Positions 19,601 through 29,880 of a stretch of 64,000 nucleotides of DNA are shown here, piece by piece. The position numbers and the translations under genes are program-made. The number at the start of each line of letters is the position of its first letter. The stretch's first letter is position 1. The stretch comes from Candidatus Fermentithermobacillus carboniphilus (lineage in GTDB: Bacteria; Bacillota; Sulfobacillia; Fermentithermobacillales; Fermentithermobacillaceae): assembly GCA_018208355.1 (NCBI GenBank), contig CP062796.1:845777-909776 (forward strand), written 5' to 3'. Below the pieces are notes generated by a model. That model saw only the letters and a program-made list of their open reading frames with translations, was not told where the DNA came from and made no database searches.

Positions 19601-22600
19601 GTGTAGTTCCCTGGAGCGTGGGAGATAGAATAATCGCCTGTAGCAGGGTTGGTTCTTGTAGACCGTCCTGTCTCCAGGATGGTAACCACAGCATCCAAAG
19701 GCAGAGACTGGACGTCAGCAGGCGGTGCCTCTTCCGGCACGATCATACCGCTGCCGGGCTCTCCCGTCCTCACGTCCTCCCACTTGAAACTGGGTAACAA
19801 TTCGCGATTTGGCTTTTCCTTAGAGGGGTCAGGATCGCCCGGGGTTAGAGAGAGAGTCTCTCCCGCAGTCATGTCGGGTCCACTTATGGTGCCGCCGATG
19901 ATATCGGTGCCGGAGCCACTATCAGGATTGGCGGGCAAAGCCAGCACTTCTACGTCATCGATATACCAGCCTTGTTTCACCACGCTTGAGTCCGATTTAA
20001 GCCTAAATCTAATGTAAACAGTCTGACCACCGTAGGTCGCGGCATCCAAGTCGTAGGTCGCTTGTGACCATGCCTTACCATTGGTGGAATGGCTATACTG
20101 ACCCAGCGTAGTCCATGTGGTACCATCTCTCGAGATCTCCACGAAACCCTTGTCGTAACCAGTCTCTATCTCGTACCAGTGCCAGAAGGTTACAACGTAA
20201 CCCCCAAATCCTTCTGGGAGAGAGATTTGAGGCGACATTAACCAGCCATCCATATTGTTGCCATAATTTCCCGCAAGGTTAGTCGCCCAGAGATTGGCCC
20301 CGGAATGGGCATTCCCGGGCCCGCTTGTAGGCATACCTAACTGCCAACAGTCGCCGGTGCCTCCGTGGGTCCATCCGGGAGCCCCCGTCTCAAAGTTGTC
20401 CTCAAAGACGGTAACCGGTCCCACCGGGGTGACCTCAGCGATGTTAGACATGGGGCTTTCGTTACCGCCAAGGTCAACGGCTTTTACTCCGTACTGGTTA
20501 ATCATGTTAGGTACCGGGTCTCCGTGAATGAAGGAAAGAAGCGTAGTTGATGCGATCTTGGTAAAATCGCCGTAAACAGCACCGTAGACTGTATCGTAAA
20601 CTCTGTGGTAGACATCATACGTTTGCACATCTTCTTCAGGAGATCCGGCCCAGGTAAGCTGGACAGTTCCAAGACCGGTATCTTGAGCCGTGAGTCCTGT
20701 CGGCGCCTCCGGCGGGATGTCGTCAGGACCTATCAGTGCTACGTCGTCGATGTACCATCCGGCTTTCGTCACCGAGCCGTCGGTGAAGAGGTTAAACAGG
20801 AGGTACACTAGATGCCCGGTAAAAGGCGTCAAGTCGAGCCTTACTTTTTTCCACCCACCGGATGAGCCGGTGAACTCTTGAATCCGGAAGAAGTTCATAC
20901 CGTCCAAAGATACGTACACATCGCCATAGTCATAGCCTGTCTCCAGTTCGTACCAGTGCCAGAACCTCAAGATCGCCTTATCAACGTTGCGGAGATCAAG
21001 AGGAGGCATGAGAAGGTAGCAATTAGCGTTGCTTGGGTAATTGCCACTCAGGTTGGTGGCAAAAAGCTTTTGTCCTGAATGAGCAGCCCCGGGGCCGGAC
21101 GCGGGCACACCCCATTCCCAGCAGTCCAGGGAACCACCGTGAACCCAGCCTGCGGGAACGCTGTTCCCTTCAAAATCTTCGGCATAACCAGGCTCAACGC
21201 CGACCTTCACTTGAATCACGTAGTACTGCCCATCGACTTCAGGCAAACGAACCACGTTTCCACCGAAGTCCCGTACCCTGATGAAGTACTCTACGTTCAG
21301 GTTCTCTTGGAAGAGATACCAAGGGATAATTCCCTGGTAAACTCCATCCTTGTGGTCGCCGGAGATCCTGTCCATCTGCACATATGTGAAAGCGGGCTCT
21401 CCTTGAATCCTGGCGAGAAGCTCAACTGAAACAACGCTGACGTCATCGCGGGCCCTGACTGTAACCGGCAGATCAAACCCCACGAAAGCTTCGGTTATCG
21501 GATAATGCTCAACAACCGGTGGCTCAAGATCATCCCCGCTTTGAAGCACTTTTCCGGCTACTGTACCGGACCCTATCAGTGCCAGCATCGCATTGTAGGC
21601 ATTTACGAGACCCCATCCAAAACCGTTATTGGGTCGGCCTTGATACTGATTATCCTCAAGAGGCGTGGCTGTCTGAGTCAGAAGGCTCTCAAGCTGGTCC
21701 ACCGTGATGCCAGGATCGATGCTGCGTAAAAGGGCTACAGTACCCGCTACATGCGGACAGGCCATAGATGTCCCGCTCCAACCGCCCTCGTATCCACCCG
21801 GGACGGAAGATCGCACCCCAACACCCGGGGCAACAACTTCCGGCTTGATCTCTCCGTAAGGAGACGGGCCTCGGCTTGAAAAACCGGCCAAAACATTATT
21901 TCGATCTATGGCACCTACAGCAAAGGACTCGGGATAGTTGCCAGGACAGCCGATGGTTCCTGCACCTGGGCCCGAATTGCCGGCAGAAAACGCCGGGAAA
22001 ATCCCAGCTGCACGCCAAGCGTTGACCACATCTCTGAACCAATCGTCCTGGATGGGGCCCGCGCCCCAAGAGTTGTTAACCACGTCAGGCGCATATTCGG
22101 GATGTGGTTGGCCTTGGGCATCTGTCGGGGCTACGAGCCACTGGCCTCCTGCTATTATATCGGTATCATATCCGCTTCCGGAGGCATCCAGGATCTTCAC
22201 GGCTATCCACTGGGCATCCGGGGCTACACCTATCTGGTTGACCCCTTCAGGGTCCGAGCCACATATGGTGCCCATAGTGTGAGTACCGTGGCCGTGGTCA
22301 TCATAAGGGAAGGATCGCCCGTTGACCGGGTCAAACCAGCTGAAAATGGCAAGCTCTCCCGGCTGTCCCGTTTCCGGGTCAATTCCCCTCCACTTTCTGG
22401 CGAGTGCCGGGTGTGTCCCATCAACGCCTGTATCCAGGTTGGCCACCACCGTCCCCTGGCCCCGGTAACCCATAGCCCATACAGCCGGCGCTTCTACGTG
22501 CTGCACGTTCCACTCAACGTTCTGAGCCCCAGCGCTTTGGCTGCCTGCCGGCGGGGTTGACCCGGCACTCTCTCCGGCCGGGTTAATGTCAGATGACTCA

Positions 22601-23163
22601 GAACCGCCAGTGGGTCTTTCGTTGGGCGGAATATATTGTCTCTTGACGTCCAAAATGATACTCTTTACCTGGGGGATCTTGGCTAAGGCTTCCATAGCTT
22701 CTTTGGTACTGGTGACAGATACCGCGTTAATAATCCAAAACGGCTGGTACGCCCGAACCGCACCAGCTGCTTGAAGTTCTCGGATAGCCTTCAGCAGATC
22801 CCCCTGTGAACGGGATGCCGTCTCCCTCAAAGACCGAACCACCGCTGCGCCAGCTACTGCTTTGAGATCCTTTCCTGTCACGCCTTTGGCAGCAGCGCTC
22901 CGTTTGGCACTATCAGCAGCGCCGAAAACATCGGCCCGGTCATTTAGCAAAACTATATAGCGAACAAACTCGTCTTTGGAAAAGGCCTCAGCTACTTCTT
23001 TGGAGATTTTGTCACGGGGTCCCAGCGTCAACTCGGCCGCTGCACCCCTCGGGTTAACCGACGTTATTGGCGATTTACTGGCTTGGGCAAAAACTTCAGG
23101 AACAAACAGTCCTAATGCCATCGCCAGCGTCAAAAGCGTCGCTAAGAACCTTCTCATCCACAT
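16657..23163 (-). CDS. Cell-surface S8 serine protease, bacillopeptidase F-like, with beta-sandwich/FN3/carboxypeptidase-regulatory/Ig-like domains, polyproline linker and three SLH domains
   Basis: Signal peptide (MWMRRFLATLLTLAMALGLFVPEVFA; RBS AAGGAG), triad LDTG/HGHGTH/GTSMA, SLH motifs ITRAEF, ITRAEM, TRAES. Confidence 0.92.
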   Translation of the reverse strand: MWMRRFLATLLTLAMALGLFVPEVFAQASKSPITSVNPRGAAAELTLGPRDKISKEVAEAFSKDEFVRYIVLLNDRADVFGAADSAKRSAAAKGVTGKDLKAVAGAAVVRSLRETASRSQGDLLKAIRELQAAGAVRAYQPFWIINAVSVTSTKEAMEALAKIPQVKSIILDVKRQYIPPNERPTGGSESSDINPAGESAGSTPPAGSQSAGAQNVEWNVQHVEAPAVWAMGYRGQGTVVANLDTGVDGTHPALARKWRGIDPETGQPGELAIFSWFDPVNGRSFPYDDHGHGTHTMGTICGSDPEGVNQIGVAPDAQWIAVKILDASGSGYDTDIIAGGQWLVAPTDAQGQPHPEYAPDVVNNSWGAGPIQDDWFRDVVNAWRAAGIFPAFSAGNSGPGAGTIGCPGNYPESFAVGAIDRNNVLAGFSSRGPSPYGEIKPEVVAPGVGVRSSVPGGYEGGWSGTSMACPHVAGTVALLRSIDPGITVDQLESLLTQTATPLEDNQYQGRPNNGFGWGLVNAYNAMLALIGSGTVAGKVLQSGDDLEPPVVEHYPITEAFVGFDLPVTVRARDDVSVVSVELLARIQGEPAFTYVQMDRISGDHKDGVYQGIIPWYLFQENLNVEYFIRVRDFGGNVVRLPEVDGQYYVIQVKVGVEPGYAEDFEGNSVPAGWVHGGSLDCWEWGVPASGPGAAHSGQKLFATNLSGNYPSNANCYLLMPPLDLRNVDKAILRFWHWYELETGYDYGDVYVSLDGMNFFRIQEFTGSSGGWKKVRLDLTPFTGHLVYLLFNLFTDGSVTKAGWYIDDVALIGPDDIPPEAPTGLTAQDTGLGTVQLTWAGSPEEDVQTYDVYHRVYDTVYGAVYGDFTKIASTTLLSFIHGDPVPNMINQYGVKAVDLGGNESPMSNIAEVTPVGPVTVFEDNFETGAPGWTHGGTGDCWQLGMPTSGPGNAHSGANLWATNLAGNYGNNMDGWLMSPQISLPEGFGGYVVTFWHWYEIETGYDKGFVEISRDGTTWTTLGQYSHSTNGKAWSQATYDLDAATYGGQTVYIRFRLKSDSSVVKQGWYIDDVEVLALPANPDSGSGTDIIGGTISGPDMTAGETLSLTPGDPDPSKEKPNRELLPSFKWEDVRTGEPGSGMIVPEEAPPADVQSLPLDAVVTILETGRSTRTNPATGDYSISHAPGNYTISVYSYGFYPAQDSVTIEEGVTTRKNFVLQPIPRSVVAGVVIDKNTGQPIQGAELSLVEDPYVAPALTDQNGQFSIDCFIGEYTLHISAPTYYPQDIPIVVSEGAPTVVNVALKPFVGYPGELVYDDGTAENAYAFYDAGNGWAVRMTPQGGAAMLKSIAFRFWDSTWPNPGGTAFKWAVFDATGPDGAPGKMVAGPFDGTAVRDGNWTVIDCGDLGITVTGDFYVAYIQSAPYPNCPGLAVDEDGRQYGRSWQFVGGEWSPRAEDEGNTMIRASVMYPVGVPVITSPADGTVTNQLQVEIKGQTSPNVEVRLYRADEEVGRTNSDADGVFSIPVNLNDGPNVFIVKAWVGDRYTDPSQPITIHLDTEAPVLEVTEPFDGFLTNRDAVTITGTVSDRYLDKVLINEAAAPIVDGHFTLRVLLAEEDGPNTITVQALDKAQNATAITRTVTRDTQPPAISQMVPSEDVSIAPGQSIALSFQSEPGLASASYQVVISTHPQAQSFQPMHEDPDTPGLYRGTWVVPSGIIIQDAEIQFRAQDAAGNITEAFAPGKLSGPPVTELVVTTESLPKGKANQPYQATLQAQGGVGSYTWSIAQGALPQGLALAGDTGIISGTPSATGTAQFVVEVVDSLGVKAQKALSIEIGAAPPPPPPPPPPPSGGTGTATPQPATQKAEGVANPGVETIVGGGALGLTLRVLPDSLPEPAKIVVEKKTGILPGASGNRPLEGTGYEIKATSFSGKELGLLSAPVEIVTAFSGTPREDMLLARYLPGSGRWMGIPTAFNSPRNEVRGKTRHLSLFALVTFPDFVKLADIGGHWGEEYIVGLTSIGVVGGYPGGIFKPDADITRAEFVKLVVTALGLTQGDGSSVFFEDVTGHWAAPYIEVAYKAGLVKGSDDRFRPDDKITRAEMAAILGRAIGVTPSTAASSFADDAGIPGWAKGYVDALSRMQIISGRPGNLFDPAAFGTRAESAKMIWSIIK

Positions 23164-23794
23164 GCTCCTTTCTTCGCAAGATTCCATGCATGCTAGACAT
23201 AGCCGGTATTCGAAGGCTTTCTCCTGTATTTCGCTTCCTGTATTTCCCCTGCGCATCACACCCCTCTCCGAGATAACTCACATACCTCGTGGCCCGATAT
23301 CCAACTACCCATCCTGGCCGCGATCAGAAAACTCTTGTGAACGACACCCCCCTTGTGGCGAACGTCCAGCGAAGACCTGGGGCTATCAGCTATTTTGTTA
23401 TAAGCCCCCGAGTCGCCAGGGCTTCCCGCTCCTGGTCGGCCTGGAGCGATACACCTATATACTCCCGTGGCGCTATTTTCCCTTTGTTGTAATTTGAGAA
23501 AAAATCGACCATATTTAACAACTTGAGGCCAACTGCTGTCATGTTTTATCGTCAAGCCTTACGTTTTCGCTCTGGCCGGACTCATTTCGATGAAAAATGA
23601 CAACCTTAATAACAAACAAAACTACAAAGACCCCTGAACTGTATTAATCGTCCGACTGAATTCGGGGTACTTCGATAACCTGTATAGGGTCTCTAACTTG
23701 GAGTTTTGAGTGGGGTAAGGTAGCAGTGTTCAGCGGCCACAGGAAGGAACCTCCTGTGGCCAGTCCAGGTTCACCCAACGGTGACCGAGACCTG

Positions 23795-24292
23795 TCAGGC
23801 CTCGAGACAAAGAGTCTTGATGTTCGGTTCGAGGCAATAAAACTCCGAATCCTTATGCACCAAGGTGGCTCCTTTCGTAAGAGCAGACGCCGCTATGAGG
23901 GCATCGGCCACACTGAGACCGCCCCACGCCTTTATCTCCGCCGCTTTCCACAGCAATTCCTCGTCGGGCCAGACTTCGTCCATCTGCAAATTTCTGACTT
24001 GAAACAATAGAGAAAATGCTTTCTCGGAACCTTCCCGGGAAATTGTCAAGTAGAGGAGCTCAAAGAGGCTCATGAAGGACACGCAAATCGTTACAAGGCC
24101 CTTATCACGCTTTTCAAAAAGGTCTTCGATAGTGGAAGCACCTGGCTCATCCTGGTAAAACGCCAGTATCGCGCTGGTGTCGAGAAGGTAAGAGGGGCTT
24201 TCAGGTAAACGGTCCTGAGTATCCACTGCATCCCCAACACCCTTGGAAGCCCTGGTATGCTTAGCGTTATTGGTGTTCACCTGATCCTTCAC
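23795..24292 (-). CDS. vapC: PIN domain toxin, VapC family
   Basis: YLLDTSA, FEL, LSVADALIAA, LVHKDSEF; true start may be downstream. Confidence 0.88.
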   Translation of the reverse strand: MKDQVNTNNAKHTRASKGVGDAVDTQDRLPESPSYLLDTSAILAFYQDEPGASTIEDLFEKRDKGLVTICVSFMSLFELLYLTISREGSEKAFSLLFQVRNLQMDEVWPDEELLWKAAEIKAWGGLSVADALIAASALTKGATLVHKDSEFYCLEPNIKTLCLEA

Positions 24293-24629
24293 TACGTTCC
24301 TCCTCCCTCTCGGTTTCTGCCGTATCGCACGCTCTTTCCGGGAGACCTCTCGTCATTCTCTTGGTCTCTTTGTTTGTCCTCTCTCTTTCTTCTTTTCGGT
24401 AATGGGTCAAAACTTGCAGGTAATCGACGCCAGATCGCCCTGCTCCTCGGAACGCTTTCCATGGCTGCTCCGGCAATGGGACTATTTCGATGGATTCACC
24501 TTTATCAATCCAGGCAATTCGTGTGCCCTCACGGATGAGGAACTTATCCCTGATTTGGGACGGTATTACCGTCTGATATCGACTGCTGACGGAAGTATGC
24601 GCAATCGGCCGGGTTGATCTTGTTTTCAA
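24267..24629 (-). CDS. AbrB/MazE-type antitoxin
   Basis: VSSRYQTVIPSQIRDKFLIREGTRIAW swapped-hairpin motif directly upstream of the PIN gene. Confidence 0.85.
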   Translation of the reverse strand: MKTRSTRPIAHTSVSSRYQTVIPSQIRDKFLIREGTRIAWIDKGESIEIVPLPEQPWKAFRGAGRSGVDYLQVLTHYRKEERERTNKETKRMTRGLPERACDTAETEREEERSEGSGEHQ

Positions 24630-24911
24630 CTGGCTGACCCTCCTTTACATCAATCATACAAGACGATTCGATGATTTGCAAGACGAAATGCAAATTGGTC
24701 TTGTGGCCTAGGCAAGTAGGACTTTCCTATGCCTCCAGTCGCGCTTCTTTGCTTCGGTACCTCAAAAAGCAGGATTCTTCGAGGATGTGCCGAATATGCC
24801 GAGCATATAAGATGGTGGTCTTGCAGAGCAGTAGTACATGGGCATACCAATCGAAGTCGATTGAAAACAAGGCTAGCGTATACTCATGCAGGGGGCGACC
24901 TTAATTCCCCT

Positions 24912-26681
24912 ATGATGACGCCCAAGATTTCGGATATCATGCGTCCCTTGTCCTGCTGCTTGACTCCAGCCGATACGGTGCGGTCTGCCATGTTAAAGGC
25001 TTGCACCGGTAGGTGGTGGATGTTGCCCGTAATCGGCCACAATGGTGATGTTGCGGGAACAGTCTCTCTATTTGATCTGGTGTTGGCAGCCGAGATCGAT
25101 GGACGGCTCTCCGAGCCTGTCCAGCGGATTATGGTGTCCCCACCCGTCACAGTGAACGCCGAAATGCCCGTCGAAGAGTTCTTTCAGCAAGGCCTGTCGA
25201 TGGCCGTAGTCAAAGATCTCAATGAAGTCGTGGGTCTTGTCACACCTCTGGAACTCCAAAATGCCATTCAGGTATTACTGAAGGAGGTTGTGGAGCTCAG
25301 AGAAGCACACCAACTTGAACGCGCAATCATCAACTCCGTCTACGATGGTGTTTACATAACCGACGGACAAGGGTACACCCTGGATGTCAACGATGCCTAC
25401 GTCAGGATAACCGGCATCCCGCGAGAAGAAATCGTCGGCCGTCACATGAAGGAACTCATTGATGAGGGATACTTCAAGAGTTCCGCCAGCTTAATGGTAC
25501 TTGAAACTCGGCAGCCGGTAACCATCATCGACAATATCAGAGGCGGCGTGACCTGTCTGACGACGAGTAATCCCGTGTTCAATGAGAAAGGCCAGATCAT
25601 CAGGGTGGTGTCATCCGTACGGGATATGACAGAATTGGCAGAACTAAAAAGCAAACTGGAACAGGCAAATCAGTTGAACCAGAAGTACGAGCAGGAACTC
25701 GAACTCCTTCGCCGCCAGCAGCTTCAGGATGACCTAATCATCGGACAACATGAGACTATGCGGGCTCTACGTCGAATGATCGAAAAAGTGGCCAAAACGG
25801 ATGCTACCGTTCTGATTTTGGGAGAGACTGGAGTAGGCAAGGAACTGGTGGCCAAAGAAATCCAGAGGTTGAGTCCGAGGCGAAATGGTCCTTTCATTAG
25901 GATCAACTGCGCAGCTGTACCTGAGCACCTGATCGAATCAGAGCTATTTGGATACGAACGAGGCGCATTCACCGGGGCGAACAGTACCGGTAAACCAGGT
26001 ATATTCGAATTGGCAGAATCGGGAACGATTTTGTTGGACGAGATAGCCGAGCTTCCCATGGATACCCAGGCTAAATTGCTACGAGTGCTCCAAGAAAAGG
26101 AAGTGACGCGTCTCGGGGGAACACGCCCTAGGAAACTCGACGTGAGGATATTAGCGGCAACTAACAAAGATCTTGAACAGCAAGTCGCAAAAGGGTTGTT
26201 CCGGAAAGATTTGTACTACCGCCTCAATATCCTGCCTATCACCGTTCCGCCCCTAAGAGAACGAAGAGAAGACATACCTTTGCTCGTTGACTATTTCTTG
26301 CGACTCTTCAACCGCAAGTATGGGACCAGCAAGAGCTTCAGTCGACCCGCCCTGCATAGACTCTGCGATTACTCATGGCCCGGAAACGTTAGGGAGCTAA
26401 GAAACCTAGTTGAACGCTTAGTAATAGTCACTCAGGAGGACATTATAGGCCCTGAACATCTTGTGGGGCTGGTGGTACACAGGGGTCAAAAGGAGGCTCT
26501 TTGCCCTGCGAACAGCGGGGAAATACATACACTCAAAGAGGCAGTGCGTGAGCTGGAGAGGCACCTAATTTCTGAAGCTCTCAGGACTTATGGCAGCACC
26601 CACAGGGCAGCGCACGCTCTTGGTGTAAGCCAACCCACGGTGTTGAGAAAGATCAAGAAACTTGGCATCAAGCTATCTTAA
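24912..26681 (+). CDS. Sigma54-dependent activator (CBS-PAS-AAA+-HTH)
   Basis: GETGVGKE, ESELFGYERGAFTGA, LLDEI, WPGNVREL, C-terminal HTH; likely start ATG 24912. Confidence 0.93.
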   Translation: MMTPKISDIMRPLSCCLTPADTVRSAMLKACTGRWWMLPVIGHNGDVAGTVSLFDLVLAAEIDGRLSEPVQRIMVSPPVTVNAEMPVEEFFQQGLSMAVVKDLNEVVGLVTPLELQNAIQVLLKEVVELREAHQLERAIINSVYDGVYITDGQGYTLDVNDAYVRITGIPREEIVGRHMKELIDEGYFKSSASLMVLETRQPVTIIDNIRGGVTCLTTSNPVFNEKGQIIRVVSSVRDMTELAELKSKLEQANQLNQKYEQELELLRRQQLQDDLIIGQHETMRALRRMIEKVAKTDATVLILGETGVGKELVAKEIQRLSPRRNGPFIRINCAAVPEHLIESELFGYERGAFTGANSTGKPGIFELAESGTILLDEIAELPMDTQAKLLRVLQEKEVTRLGGTRPRKLDVRILAATNKDLEQQVAKGLFRKDLYYRLNILPITVPPLRERREDIPLLVDYFLRLFNRKYGTSKSFSRPALHRLCDYSWPGNVRELRNLVERLVIVTQEDIIGPEHLVGLVVHRGQKEALCPANSGEIHTLKEAVRELERHLISEALRTYGSTHRAAHALGVSQPTVLRKIKKLGIKLS

Positions 26682-26693
26682 GGCCCAATCTCT

Positions 26694-26798
26694 TGATACG
26701 GTTTTGCATCAGCCTGTATTTTATTTCGGTATCGGCGGAAGTAGGTCCTATGATGGCCTTTCGCTCATTTTTAACGGGACCGATACAGTATCGTATCA
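26694..26798. promoter_or_regulatory. Two palindromic upstream activator sites
   Basis: TGATAC-N6-GCATCA (26694-26711) and CGATAC-N6-GTATCA (26781-26798). Confidence 0.65.
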
Positions 26799-26881
26799 GC
26801 GTATCCTCGCAGAGTGCGCGGCGTTCAAGTCGTATCTCTTTCCGGTCCAGTATAACGAGGTAAATTACCTCTGTCTACTAG

Positions 26882-26897
26882 AGGCACAGTACTTGCA
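26882..26897 (+). promoter_or_regulatory. Sigma54 -24/-12 promoter
   Basis: AGGCAC-AGTAC-TTGCA matches TGGCAC-N5-TTGC, 48 bp before the ATG at 26945. Confidence 0.8.
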
Positions 26898-27946
26898 TCT
26901 GAATCACTAGCGAGCTGAGTCATGGCAAGAAAGGAGCGTGTCAGATGCCTTCACTCATTAAGGCCGACAACAGTTGGGCGTTGTGGGCGATCATGGTCAG
27001 TATTGCCGCCTTTTCGATTTGGGCTGAGCAGAAGACGAAGTTGGGCTCGAAGTTATCTGGTTGTATGGTAGCTCTTCTATGCATGATGGCATTATCCAAC
27101 TTGGGTATCGTACCTACGGAGGCTCCTGCGTACGACGTGGTTTGGGGTTGGGTGGTTCCGCTGGCGATCCCCTTGCTCTTGTTTAAGGCCGATTTGGTTC
27201 GTATATTGCGGGAAACCGGTCCCACACTGGTGGCATTTGTCTTCGGCGCGCTTGGAACATCCCTCGGAGCAATCGTAGCTGGGCTGCTCGTGAACATAGG
27301 TTCGGAGACCTGGAAGATGGCAGGCGTGTTCGCATCCACTTACATCGGCGGTACGCTCAACTATGTTGCTGTGTCTAAGGCCCTGAACGTGTCCAGTGAG
27401 ATCGTGAGTGCTGGTGTGGCCGCTGATAACTTGAATATGACGCTATACTTCCTCATCTTGTTCGCCATACCCGGCATTGCTCTCTTCAGAAAACTTTTCA
27501 AGACGCCTCACATAGAAGAGGCCGACCGGGAGGCGCTGAAGGCAGCGGATAGCGGGCAAGAGGCGTTAAGCGCGGCTGCATTGTACTGGGGCAAACACGA
27601 GATCTCTCTCTTGGACATCAGCGTATCTTCCGCCCTAGCATTTGTCGTAGCTGCCCTCGGAAATATGATCGCGGGGGCCTTGGGCATCGGCTACCTCAGC
27701 ATCCTGATCAACACGGGGCTCATAGTCCTCATAGCCACCATGTTTCCGAAACAAGTGGGCAGCCTGGCAGGTGCGCAGGAGCTCGGCACATTCCTCATGC
27801 ACATATTCTTTGCTGTGATCGGTGTAGCTTAGCACTTTAATCCAGCGTAAAAAGCCTCTTTGTTTTCGAGTTCTTTTAGGATTATGCAAATCCCTTCCCA
27901 AAGCAGTGTGATAGGATTTTGTCAATTTCCTTTGGGAGGTAGGACG

Positions 27947-28459
27947 ATGCAGATGATTTTGTCGGTTAACATGGGACCTGAAGAGTACGCTGCAAAACAC
28001 GAAGAAATAGAGTTCCCTAAGATAGACATCTGCCCGATGTGCAAGGCGAGGAAGCGTCTTCACAGGCATGGCTCTTTCCAGCGGAATGCCCTGCCTGAGA
28101 AAAACAAGGTTCTTCTTGTGCGGATTCACCGGTTCTTCTGCACTGTATGCAAGAAGACAGTCTCCTTGGTTCCATCTTTTCTCGTGCCTCATTTTCAGTA
28201 CACAGCCCATTTCTTGGTAGGCTCGATTCTGGGAAAGGTCGAAACCTACCGTGAACTCTTGCGGTTCCACCAGAAACGCTTTCTCAAGAACCTCAATCTG
28301 ATACAGGCCTTTTTCAGGGATATGGGTTTTAGGTGGAGTCTTCCCGAGGCCGGAAAAGAAAGGGCCATAAAACTAGCGGAGGAAATCGAGAATTTGGGCG
28401 TAGGAAGTTTCTCGCTGCTCTACCACAAGCAGCACCACCGTAGTTTTATGGCAGTTTGA
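27947..28459 (+). CDS. Transposon zinc-finger protein (DUF6431-like)
   Basis: CPMC...LHRHG...RFFCTVCKKTVSLVPSFLVPHFQY; RBS GGGAGG. Confidence 0.8.
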   Translation: MQMILSVNMGPEEYAAKHEEIEFPKIDICPMCKARKRLHRHGSFQRNALPEKNKVLLVRIHRFFCTVCKKTVSLVPSFLVPHFQYTAHFLVGSILGKVETYRELLRFHQKRFLKNLNLIQAFFRDMGFRWSLPEAGKERAIKLAEEIENLGVGSFSLLYHKQHHRSFMAV

Positions 28460-28618
28460 TTTTACCTGCCCCGGGTGGTTTCGTAAAGAGAGCAGCGTCC
28501 AACAAAACGTTTCCGTGGTTTCCCTTCTCCGGGTCAATTAGTATGGTTCTGGCGTACCTCTGATGCGCCAAAGAGCAGCAACTGACCAACAAAATCTACC
28601 AAAAAGGGGGAGGAAATC

Positions 28619-29878
28619 ATGGATGAGAAGGACCGGGAACAGATAGCGCTTTTCCGGTACGGATTGATTGCGCCCATGCTGCAGGGAAGCGTGGAAGACA
28701 GGGCTTCATACCTGGCTTCGGTTTCAAGCAGAACCTACGAGGTGCCCTGCTATGGAAATGTGGAGTACAGCCCAAAAACAATTGAGTCCTGGTTCAGAGC
28801 ATACATGAAAGAAGGATTCGACGGCTTAAAGCCGCGTCAGCGTTCGGACAAGGGAGAGACCAGGGCAATTCCCTTGGATACAAGACACAAGATCTTGGAC
28901 CTCCGCCAGGAAAAGACCAATGTTCCGGTGACAGTCTTTTACCAGCAACTTGTAGATAAAGAAGTCATAAAGCCTCAGGAAGTATCGTACTCTAGCCTGT
29001 ACCGGCTCTTGAAACGCCATGACCTTGTAGGTAAAAGAACTCGCAAGGAACCGGAAAGAAAAAGGTACGCTTTGGACAAAGTAAATGAGGTTTGGCAGGC
29101 AGACCTCTCTTACGGTCCCTACCTCAAACTGGGCAAGAAGAAGGTCCAGACGTTTCTCTTTGCTTTCCTGGATGATGCTTCTAGGCTGGTTCCTTTCGCC
29201 CAGTTCACACTGGACCAGACCTTCGACTCTCTCAAAGTAGTGTTCAAAGAAGCCTTATGCAGGAGAGGTATCCCCAAAAAAGTTTACGCCGATAACGGGA
29301 AGATCTACAGGTCAGGCCAATTCCAGTTTGTCTGCGCATCCCTTGGCATAGCCCTCCTTCACACCCAACCTTATGACGCCGCAGCAAAGGGAAAAATCGA
29401 GAGGTTCTTTCTCACTGTAAAACAGCGCTTCTACTCAACCCTTGAAGCCGAAACCCTCACATCCCTGGATGCCCTTAACCAGGCTTTCCACTCCTGGCTT
29501 GAGAAAGACTACAATGGCAGACACCACAGCGCCATAGATATGACTCCTTTGGATAAATACATGTCCCAGGCTAGTGACGTAAAGATGGTGCAGGACCCTT
29601 CCTCTTTGGATCCCCTCTTTTTGAGGCGGGAGAACCGCAAAGTTAGGCATGATTCCACCATCAGCGTCGAAAACACTCTCTTTGAAGTTCCTCCCAGGTT
29701 CATAGGTCAAAGCATCGAGGTAAGATTTGAACCTAAAGACCTAAGTGAAGTGCTCATCTATGAAAACGGCCTTGAGGTCGCCCGCCTGAAACCCGTGAAT
29801 CTTACTGATAACGCCAGGGTAAAACGGGAAAAACCTGCGCTGCGATTGTCTGACATCGCTAAAGATGAGGAGGATTGA
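28619..29878 (+). CDS. DDE transposase with Mu-like C-terminal domain
   Basis: WQAD, LDDASR, YADNG, KGKIERFF. Confidence 0.93.
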   Translation: MDEKDREQIALFRYGLIAPMLQGSVEDRASYLASVSSRTYEVPCYGNVEYSPKTIESWFRAYMKEGFDGLKPRQRSDKGETRAIPLDTRHKILDLRQEKTNVPVTVFYQQLVDKEVIKPQEVSYSSLYRLLKRHDLVGKRTRKEPERKRYALDKVNEVWQADLSYGPYLKLGKKKVQTFLFAFLDDASRLVPFAQFTLDQTFDSLKVVFKEALCRRGIPKKVYADNGKIYRSGQFQFVCASLGIALLHTQPYDAAAKGKIERFFLTVKQRFYSTLEAETLTSLDALNQAFHSWLEKDYNGRHHSAIDMTPLDKYMSQASDVKMVQDPSSLDPLFLRRENRKVRHDSTISVENTLFEVPPRFIGQSIEVRFEPKDLSEVLIYENGLEVARLKPVNLTDNARVKREKPALRLSDIAKDEED

Positions 29879-29880
29879 GC

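Noticed and set aside
23170-23720. Riboswitch in the long leader of the S8 protease
   Set aside because: No recognisable c-di-GMP, c-di-AMP, T-box or SAM motifs; an Rfam scan would be needed.
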